60,000 bases of DNA. Source: Camelus ferus. Its lineage: Eukaryota. The stretch is taken from assembly GCF_009834535.1 (NCBI RefSeq), contig NC_045696.1, positions 40,612,001 through 40,672,000 on the forward strand, read 5' to 3'. A model generated the notes under the pieces. It made no database searches and was not told the origin of the DNA. It saw only the letters and a list, made by a program, of their open reading frames with translations. Position 1 is the stretch's first letter. The number at the start of each line of letters is the position of its first letter. This document shows, one piece after another, positions 50,785 to 60,000 of this stretch. A program made the position numbers and the translations under genes.

Positions 50785-52279
50785 AGCATGGAAATCGTGC
50801 TCTATCTGTGCAAAGAGGTTGAGAGGCATATGTTTAGCACAGAACCCTGTGTCCAGGTCATAGTAGGTACTCATAGCCATTATTACTATGTCTGGTAAAA
50901 CCTGATGACCTCATTCTCCGGGATGAGTTGGCACTAAATGGCAGAGAGGAGAGTGGAGAAAAGTGAATGAATGCATGGGAAATGAGCATGAATCTATAGG
51001 GACATGCCTGTAAAATCAGAGATCATAACATTGGCTTTTACTGTGCCAGTATGTTAGAATTTTTTTTCTAATTTTTATTTTCTAGGCAGCCCTCTTTTTG
51101 CAAATAAGCTTTTACATTTTTTGCCCTGAAAAAAATCACATCTTCATTTTTCTTAAATGGGACTTTTGTACCCAAATGACTTTTGAGGCTGCCACCAGCT
51201 TCATCATTTTGGCAGGTTCTCATCATCGTTGCTACAGTCACTGACGGATTTGTTAAGAAATATCTAAACGTTCTTTTGGTAACATTATTTTTAGGAAGGC
51301 AAATCCTTTCCATTTCCAGACAGCAGCCTAGTTGTAGATGTGGGGAGACCGCAGAGCTATAACACACTGCACATGTGGATGAGACTGTCTGGGCTTCTTG
51401 GCATTACTAATGATGATAATGATCCCGCTTGGTGGAGGCAGACCCTCCCTGCAGCTGGTGTCCTTTCTGCACAGGGATGAGGTCATTTGGTGGGGAGGGG
51501 GGACAATGGAGCTGGGAAGGATGAGAGAAGAGGAGAGGAAGAAGCTGTCACATCTGCGTTCTTGGTGGAAAAATAGAAACATATTCGCCACATGCTTGCT
51601 TTGTTTATTTATTCATGCAGAAGGGGGAATGGAGAGGCGAGGGAATGGTGAGGAACTGTTACACGGTGACAGCGTGGTTTTCCCCCAAATCTACGCAGTT
51701 ACTAGTGTTCACAGTAACAAGCTAATCAAATCTCCAGGGCACTGATAACCCTATGAATCTAATCTCTAGAATATTTGAAACTGCTCAGAACAGACTATTA
51801 CAGCAGTTTAGATCCCAGTAGCTCCTTTAGAGTTGTATAAAAGCCTAGTTCTGGACACTCCACACCTCCTTCTGCCTCATATGTGTCTAAAAACAGAGAA
51901 ATTAAGAATAATCGTTCCTTTGGCAGTGTAGATCAAAGTGTCAGATTGTTCTTCATCTACTTCTCAATGTCATCACTAAAACCAAATAAACAGCCTTTTT
52001 TCAGTTTAGCAGTAGTAATCTAGCTGGTGCACCATAGGTTTATTTCTAGAACTTGTCTACACGAAGACTGTGTCCCCAGGGTTTGCGGTTGTTGTGAAAG
52101 TTGGTTGTAGTTGAGGGGTTTTATAAGGCGGGGGCTCAGTAAAAGAGGGGTCACTTTGGCATCGCCCTGGCCTGGGCACAGTCACCTAGTCACAATGAAC
52201 CATTTGGTCTTATCTGCTCAAGGTAATAGAAGTGAGTCAACTCTGATGGAAAATACTAAAGGTGCTCTCAAGATGTTCT

Positions 52280-52385
52280 TGAACCCATCAAATGCCAGGC
52301 CAGGTCTGTTTAGCCTTTGTAGCCTGAGTGCCTCAGTGTAGCCAGGGCCTAACACAGTGTAAGTGCTCAGTGAGTGGTGAGTGTG
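52280..52385 (+). mobile_element. L2 3' tail fragment
   Basis: ctttgtagcctgagtgcctc...agggcctaacacagtgtaagtgctcagtgagtg. Confidence 0.6.
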
Positions 52386-52569
52386 CAGGTGACCAGTGCG
52401 CCCATATCCCATGGTTCAGGAGTTCTGCTGTTAGCAACTGCAGTGACTATGAGTAGTTATGTGGAGGAAAAATAATATTTTCTCCTAAAAGCTGGAGAAA
52501 GGGGCTGAATTATTTAAAAGTAAACGTAATAGATGACTCGCAGTAGTGCTCCTGACTTGAGTTTGTAGG

Positions 52570-52760
52570 ATATAACATAAAGAATACTTGACTGGAGGCC
52601 CAAACCTCTCAAGCCACTAGAATTTCTCAGCCTCAATTTCTTGGTTGGTAAAATAGGGATGATACTTTCTCTGCCTGCCTCTTAGGGTTATTATCAGGGT
52701 TAAATCCTATTAAGAATGTGAAACTAATAAGAACTATATAGGGTATAAGGTGGTGTTAAT
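52570..52760 (+). mobile_element. MIR SINE
   Basis: ttctcagcctcaatttcttggttggtaaaatagggatgatac...cctgcctcttagggttatt. Confidence 0.7.
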
Positions 52761-53278
52761 TGACTTCTTTTGAGATTACTATGTCCTTTTTTAATTCCTT
52801 GAAGAAAAGCTTCTTCAAAAGCGTATTTATTGGTGCCATTGTTGTTAATTGTTGTTAATCTCTTTTTAAATTTAATTTATTTTTTAAATGACAGTGCTTT
52901 ATAGAAAGCTTTTATGACTTAGCTCTAAATTTTATGTATTTAAAAATCTGAAGTATCTGGTCCTCCTTGAAAAATACCATTATCATTAATAACCTCTGAA
53001 ACCAGCCAGGGTAATGAAGCTATTAACTACACGTGAGTAAGTGGTCACAAATGAAACATTGTCATTACCACATATAAATTCTTTCCCTGTAGCTGGGGCC
53101 TCAACAGACAATGATTCAACTGCAGGTATGTGTCATGGGACAGTAGAGTTTTGTCCTGGAAAGAACACAGTATATAAAATCAAGAAACAATGAATTCCTC
53201 AGCCATTTTCTAGGGATGGCCTTAAACAAATCATTTCACCTCTCTTAGCCTTCCTCGTTTCTTCACTGAGAGAGCATT

Positions 53279-53510
53279 TAATGGTTCTCAGTCAGGGCTT
53301 TCCTTCTCTCCCCAGAAGGCATCTGAAAAGAGGGAGAGCATTTTTGGTTGTCAGAATGACAGGGTGGCGAAAAATGATGGGGTGGAGGTGTGGTGCTGGC
53401 ACTTAGTGGACAAAGGTAAGTCTGCTAAGTTTTCTACAGTGAGGAAAGCAGTCTCATGAAAGGAAGAATTGTCCCCTTACAGCATAAATTTGCCCTCTTA
53501 AGAAACACTG
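53279..53510 (+). mobile_element. MER20/Charlie4z-like hAT-Charlie MITE
   Basis: atggttctcag...gcatttttggttgtcagaatgac...tgctggcacttagtgg...gaagaattgtccc...ttaagaaacactg. Confidence 0.7.
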
Positions 53511-53514
53511 GGTC

Positions 53515-53580
53515 AGAGCTTTTGAGAGTGAAAGGGGACACAATAATACGGAACTGTCTTAGGCAAACTGGGATCTAAGG
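53515..53580. mobile_element. MER94-like hAT-Blackjack fragment
   Basis: cttttgagagtgaaagggg...aataat...ggaactgtcttaggcaaactggga. Confidence 0.6.
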
Positions 53581-55397
53581 ACCCCCTCGCCACAGTCCAA
53601 GTCCACTTTTGCTTGCACCGTCTTCCTCTGTTCTTGTCCTGTCCTCCTCTCAAATGACAAGATCCCAAGGACTTTGCTAACAGCCGTTATGGAAGGGGAC
53701 AGACAAGTCTGGACCACATACCTTCTTCCATTTTCCCAGTTTCACCAGGAAAACTAGCCGCAGAGTTAAAGTTAATTCACTTATTCATCCCTGAGTTTAG
53801 CTATGCTTTAGTCACAGAGCCCCTGTTATTTCTCCCCTTCCCTCACCCTCAGAGCCTTGGGCACTGCCACCACCACTCCAGTGTGGCAGCTGTCCAAAGC
53901 AATTGTTTGGAGTCCAGAGACAGGGAGGTGGGGGCAGTGGAGAGAAGGAAGGGAGAGTAGAGCCAGCTCTTCCCTTCAGCTGCAGCTAACCAAAGCAAGC
54001 TGCCAACACAGACAGCTCAGCTCCATTGCAGGCCACCCTGAAGCCATATCTGGGTGCAGAGTTATTGTGACACATCTCACCGTGGGGTGTGAGGAGAGAA
54101 ACTGTGCATGGCAAAAGAGGTGCCAGATGATTCTTAACACTACTTTTTTGGACTGCCATTTAGAGAGGGAAAATAAAACCCAAGTCAGGAATCCTTTCCG
54201 CTCTGTTGACACCTCTGCTGAAGGAAGCCTTCAAGTTCAGGTGGGCTTTATGTTTTTCAACTTCTGTAGGTGGACAAAGACTGGGATTCCAGAATTTCCT
54301 GTCTAGCCCCAGGTTTTTCTCCTAGTTAAATTTACTTTCAGCTCCTTAAATTGTATTTTCTCTTTAAAGAAAATCTGTTGTGCAGTGTTGTATAAGGCTT
54401 GACATGATGGTCTAAACTAATTGCTTAAATATGGACTTGGACAATTGTTGAAAAGCACTTTTGTTTGTCATGGAATGAAAGTGACCACATACACAATAGT
54501 CTGTTTTCAAAGTTAAATGGATTATGTCTTAAAGAGAATAAAAGAGCATAGCCAAAAAAAAAAAAAAAAAAAAATCAGACCTAAATTTGTTAGGCCAAAA
54601 TAAAGTTGATGTCTGAATTCAACTGGAAAGAACTGTAGAAATTTGCTTCTTTTACCAACAGACAGTTCTCTTTTCTCTTTTGTTTCTTTTACCTTCTCAC
54701 CCTAGTATTTGAAGTTAAGCCTTTGGGAACTTGTTAACTTTTCTACATCATAGAAAAGTAGCAAGTATAAGCTGCGGTAGCAAACAGACCAATGTCTTCT
54801 TTCATTTAGGACTACCTCCGAGGAATAGCACCCCTTTTGAGGGACAAGCAGACCAACAAAGATCAAAGGTTAGGCCATTGCTTTTCTAACTTTCCCATGA
54901 AACCCTAGGGTTTGCCAGAATTTACCAAGGATAGAAAGGTTAATATGGAGAGAGCTTTTTAAAAAAATCATTCAGTGTTGTAGAGGAAGTTAGTAAGGTA
55001 CTAGAGTGTTATGTTTTTAAGAAGGATTCTTCTCTTTACATATTAATCTATTTATACCTCACTTCCAAAGAACATGTAATACGGAGGAATAAAATAATTA
55101 GTGGAGGAAATCAGAGTCATTGGAATATAAAGCCAGAGATCAGAGTGGGAAACAGAAATATATACCATCTGGTCCTTTATGGTTGTTCTAAGTAAATCAC
55201 AAATTTAGCTCAAACATTCATAGTGACCTAAGTAATAAAGTGACTTTTTTAATCGCCTAGACTCATCCTGTAGAATAAATTTATTAAAGGCATCACAGGG
55301 CAGTGTTGAGGAGCAAATGGGTTTTTATTTGTTCATTCATTTACCAACATTTCTTGAGTACCTTCTAATGTATTAGGAACTTATTGTTTTTGTATGT

Positions 55398-55541
55398 ATT
55401 TATTTTTTTATTGAAGTATAGTCAGTTTACAATGTTGTGTCAATTTCTGGTGGACAGCATAATGCTTCAGTCATACATGAACATACATTCGTTTTCATAT
55501 TCTTTTTCATATAAGTTACTATAAGATATTGAATATAGTTT
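55398..55541 (-). mobile_element. L1 3' end, young cetartiodactyl (camelid-like) type
   Basis: ttattgaagtatagtcagtttacaatgttgtgtcaatttctggtggacagcataatgcttcagtcatacatgaacatacattcgttttcatattctttttca. Confidence 0.88.
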
Positions 55542-56224
55542 ATATTGACAGAGAGCTTGGACAATGTCAGAGAAAGGCAGATCTTTATTAGATTTGTGTG
55601 AAATACTCGTATGAAAATATAAAATCTCTTTAAATTGATTTTAACCATGTTTTAATGCTAAAATGGAATGTATATCTGTTTATGGATAAATCCAAATTAG
55701 ATCAGACATTTTCATGGTTTTCTTTTTTTAGAAAGGTTTCTGTAAATTCCTCCAGGTCTTGTTAAATTATCACCTTTGACCCTGAAAGATGCCTCTGTGA
55801 GACTCATTACTTTGAACATGGAAGTGGCTCCTTGTGGGTGAAAGTCTTTAGAGTCAGAATTTGGTCTAAAGGCAGCTCTGGAATGCCCTCCACAAAACTT
55901 GTTTTCAGATGTTCTAGGCAGCAGGATCCCTTCTTGCAAGCAATCTTATGCCTACCCTCAATAGAGAAAACACATATAAGTAATATTTTTTAGTGTAAAT
56001 TTAATTTTATATTGTCACATATCTACTTATTATCAAGACAGTTGTTGAGGCCAATGAAACCCTTTCCATAAATTAGAAGTTTGAATGGATAATTGTTCTC
56101 TGTCAGCCCTATATTCTCTTTTGTTGCAGTTTTTTAAAGCTCATTTTTATACCTCAGTATATGCTATGCAATTAGACTAATCCAGAATCTTAAAAAAAGA
56201 GGAGTAAATAGTTTTATTCAAACT

Positions 56225-56385
56225 GAATAATTTAAAAACTTTTATTGTATATTTTATATGTTAAAGTGTATAATTTAATATTTTATATACCATGTTTATA
56301 AATGTTTTATTAAATGACATTCATAATATTAAATATTTTATATATTTATACATAAATATGCATTATAAATATATAATAAATACAA
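56225..56385. repeat. AT-rich low-complexity tract
   Basis: Nearly all A/T (tatattttata, taaatat units). Confidence 0.8.
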
Positions 56386-57639
56386 GATGTATCACACAGG
56401 AAGCACACTTAATTTACCTATACACATTTAAATGATCTATAATACTATCATGACATATGTGTTATTTGTCATGTTATTTAAGCTACCAGTGGGCGTAATT
56501 TGTGTCTGAGAGTTTGACTCCCACATTGGTGACAAGGACCCTATGATATACACTTGTAATGAGCAGACGTGTTTAAGCTTTCTTGGTATGTAATTGAGTA
56601 TGGCACATGTGTGATGTAATGTACTCCATTGAAGTTTTACATAAGCAGACATCCACAGTCCAGAAATCATCCAAAGATTTATATAGAGCAGTACCCTTCC
56701 TAATGAACAGCACATTTAAAAGAAATTCATTTATGTGTACCAAAATTGTAGGGGAGGCTTTTGGTCCAAGGTCTGGGTGATGGTGGTAATGATGGTGGAG
56801 ATACGTGGATGCGTGTATGTATCCTACTAAAACTGAATGCGTGCAGTTAGAGGATGGGCCCTTATGGCATTGTTTGTGTTATTATTGTGGCTTTGTTAAC
56901 TGTACCTGTAAGAGAGACAGATAAAGCCTCTCCTTCCTTTCTCTGGGCTTAGATTAGCAATTACAGGCTAGAATGGGAAAAGGGGTCTGAGACATGAAGG
57001 TACAAAACCAAAGAAAAAGTATTAACACTGAGAATCCATGGATAAGTCAACATCATATTTCTTTCTATAACCAGATTCAAAAGTAACTATTTTAAATTTT
57101 TACAAAGGCAAAAATGAAAGCTCCACCCCACCCCAACAATCATGTAAACCTTTTGTTTGAGTGTATATCATATAAGACAAAGTTTCTGCATATGGAATGG
57201 GACAGAGTTATACATAACTTAATAATTATTTTTGTTCTTTAGGTATATAAAGAACCTAAAATGTCTTGTAGTTATTTTCTAGGGCTTGATTTTTTTCACA
57301 AAAAGGAAAACTAAATTAGACAAGGATAGAATGACTGGAATTTTTAAAATCTGTAACGTGTAATTTCCCCTACATGAAATTAAATTCGGTCCAACTCTGG
57401 GATAAATGCTATGTATAACACCATTGGAATTGAAGTTCTGCTCTCCATTTGGTTACCAGTCATTATTCCTCATTTGCATTCTCTCCAAAATGAGGGTTTT
57501 CATGCTCTGTTGACAGAATTTTCCTGTGCCTTTATCTCTTAAACCCTACATATTGCTCCAATTTGGGGCATAATTGTAAGTCATTGTATAATTCACCGTA
57601 GCAAGCGTTCCATCCCATCCCAGAAGTGGCTTGAAAAGA

Positions 57640-58087
57640 CATAGTTTCCTAGGGCTGCCATAACAAATTAGCATAAACTGGGTGGTTTATAACAACAGAA
57701 ATTTATTCTCTCACAGTTCTAGAGGCTGGGCTGAAATCAAGGTGCCAGGAGGGCTCTGCTTCTTCCTCCAAAGGCTCTGTGGAAGTATCCCTCCTGTACT
57801 CTTGTAGCATCTGGTAGGTGCGGTAGTCCTTGGCATTCTTTGGATGGTGGTGGTGGTGGCAATTCCAAAATCTGCTTCTGTCTTCACATCGTTGTCTTCT
57901 GTCAGTGTGTGTCTGTGTCCGAATTCCCTCTTCTTATAAGGACACCAATCATTGGATAAGGCCCACCCTCACTTCATATGACCTCATCTTGTTTACATCT
58001 GCAAAGACCGTTATTCTGAATAAAGTCACATTCCCAGGTTCCCAGTGAACATAACGGGGAAGGAAGGAGAGACACACTACTCAACCT
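57640..58087 (-). mobile_element. MLT1 (ERVL-MaLR) solo LTR
   Basis: tagtttcctagggctgccataacaaatt...aacaacagaaatttattctctcacagttctagaggct...cttataaggacaccaatcattggataaggcccaccct...tatgacctcatctt...acatctgcaaagacc. Confidence 0.92.
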
Positions 58088-58804
58088 GGTGCAGGTAGTA
58101 GAAAACTTATTAAATTCTCTCACTCCCCTGACTGAGCATTTAGGGGTCTAAACTGAAGCACTTTTATTTTCCTAGTCTCAAACAAAGCAATCTCAAGCTT
58201 TCCAATCAGTTGGGAAGTGAGTATTTGTTTTCACTGTGATATTTCTCTTACCTGGAAATACATATCCAAAGGCACTGAAACCCTGACTAATCAAGTCTCT
58301 GTTCACTGCCATAGCACATGCTGAGTCTGTATCATTTTATAAAATTACCCCTCAGGGCCAGGTTTTGTACTTCAATTTTCAAATGCAACTTCCTACCAGA
58401 ATCAAAGTAAATTGCATGCAAGTGTTTTCAGGCATTGACTCTGGCCCACACTTAACTTCTTCCCAAATTCTATACTTTGTTCTTTGTACACCTGGACATT
58501 CGGCTTACTTAAACTTGTGTAATATTCTCCCCAAAGCATTAGCTGTGAAGAGCTACATTATGCCAGATTCTTTTACCACTGAAGCTTCCCTAGTATTCTC
58601 AGGGCTGGCCAAAGGTCAGATATTTGCGTGTTTTCAAGACAGCATGTCCTGTTTAAATCCCTTCCTTAACCCAAGTTGCAATTGTACTGAGGATGGGGTC
58701 CAGGAAAAAGATTGCAAACTAGTCCAGGCCCCACATTCCTCCTCAGATATGTTTTCTTTGATCTTCATGACGGTTTTGAAAAGAAATTTAATTAGTTACT
58801 AACA

Positions 58805-59010
58805 ATAGCAGATTTCACAAAGAAATCCAGATATCTGGCTTTTCTTTTTTTGAAAACCTAGGTTTGGCAACCCGAGGCCCACATTTTCATGGCTGTTCCT
58901 TCAGACAGAGAGCATGGGCTATTGCCTACACTGTGGGCCACTCTGGCTGGACCACTTTGTTTATGTTTATCTGTCTGGCCCTTGTTAGCATTTGAGCTGT
59001 CACCCTTGAG
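58805..59010. mobile_element. MER102-like hAT-Charlie fragment
   Basis: gatttcacaaagaaatccagatatctggcttt...tttggcaacccgaggcccacatt...tatgtttatctgtctggccc...gcatttgagctgtcacccttg. Confidence 0.65.
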
Positions 59011-59339
59011 CCAAGACTTAGGAACTCAACCTTAATTTTGTTCCTAATGTGGTTCAAAGAAACTGTATTGAACACACTGGGGCAAAGGAGGGCAGATCAT
59101 TAGTTTCCCTTCCCTCTGTTTTGCACTGTCTTTTGGCAGATTTCCACCAACTCCCCCCAAGCTCAGGCATGGGATGCACACCTTCAATCAGTCTTCCCAC
59201 TCTCCTTTCTCACCGTCTCTGGTGTTACAGTAAAATTCATATGCAAGAAATAGAAATTTTCAAAAGTGAGATGTAATTTCAATTTTAGCCTCAAGTTTCT
59301 CCTTTAGTTTGGATTTCAGTAATCACAGCACAGTCCTTT

Positions 59340-59720
59340 CCAGAAACTTTCAAATGCCCTTTCCTGTGGAGCCTCTATTGGCCCTTCTTACTCATCCTTG
59401 CTGCTTCCAAGCTTCATCCTTTACCCACCTGTCTGATAGTACTTTGACTTCAGGTTAGGACTGTCTTTCTGGAGGTCTCTTGTCTCCTCAGATTCTTACT
59501 GGTGTCTTCCCTATAGACACTGATATACCCCACAGGACATCTCTGGGCAGCCCCTATCCTGAGTTTAGGGTCTCCCAGTTCTCCCTGTCCTGTTGTCATC
59601 AATTTCTTCTTGTATTCACAGCCTTTCAGTAGAGGGCTGTCACAGCAAGCACCAACCTTGGGATCCTGAACGATGCCTCTCTAGCTTTCCTCCAAATTAT
59701 CAATAACACTAAAACACTCT
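59340..59720 (+). mobile_element. Probable L2 internal remnant
   Basis: ccttcttactcatccttg...agtactttgac...tctctagctttcc; weak match to the L2 RT region. Confidence 0.4.
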
Positions 59721-60000
59721 CTTAATTCTTCATCATCCCCAACACTATTAGCATACTCGAAACATTCAGCGCATGGAGAATTACATTTATTATGTGATTC
59801 ATGTGACCACAAATTCTTCTTGGGAATTCATGGGATATATATTATCATGTTACGGCAATCACCAGCATATTCTAGAAACACCTCAAATATTTGGAAATCC
59901 TAAAAACTTCATCTTTACCTTTATTTTAAAGTTTCTTGGAGTTTCTTTCTGCTTATGATGGTAACATGTTCATCACAGAGAATGTGGAAAGTACCCAAAA

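Larger units (their letters stand above)
49420..50890 (+). mobile_element. MIR SINE in three pieces (49420-49485, 50560-50605, 50790-50890)
   Basis: ctagttcagatcctgtgacctcgagcaggttactt | cctctctgagccacagttgtttcatct | tttagcacagaaccctg...catagtaggtactca. Confidence 0.65.

Noticed and set aside
52799..52818. Short perfect hairpin ttgaagaa-aagc-ttcttcaa, and similar palindromes near 8606, 31645 and 36494
   Set aside because: Lengths expected by chance in AT-rich DNA.
53857..54306. Longest supplied ORF (149 aa); likewise 58365-58802, 29864-30274 and the rest of the track
   Set aside because: Many use non-ATG starts, composition is random-like and no domain is recognisable; lengths are as expected by chance.
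1..60000. CRISPR arrays, operons, tRNA/rRNA genes, prokaryotic or viral systems
   Set aside because: The sequence is mammalian repeat-laden non-coding DNA; no regularly spaced repeats, cloverleafs or long ORFs were seen.

Overview
AT-rich, CpG-poor mammalian non-coding DNA, either a long intron or intergenic. I recognise no protein-coding gene, RNA gene or CpG island; the supplied ORFs are short and look like chance or repeat-derived frames. Ancient eutherian repeats dominate: L2, MIR, old L1M, hAT elements (MER5, MER20, MER58, MER63, MER94, MER102), a Tigger-type MER46C, a Tc1/mariner-type MITE and an MLT1 LTR. There are also several 5'-truncated L1 3' ends of cetartiodactyl type. I saw no Alu, B1/B2, PRE-1, Bov-tA/BovB or CHR SINEs, which tentatively suggests a camelid. 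I cannot establish a new biological system from this sequence. The best leads are: (i) a diverged ~150-bp direct duplication (18067-18215 / 21052-21202) matching no repeat I recognise; (ii) a textbook recursive-splice-like site, TTTTAG|GTAAGT, at 23379/23380; (iii) several well-formed small plus-strand exon candidates at 14.7-18.6 kb; (iv) a MITE whose TIR mismatches are biased towards G-U pairs on the plus strand. Repeat family names come from recalled consensus motifs, not a database search, and boundaries are approximate unless a TSD is quoted.
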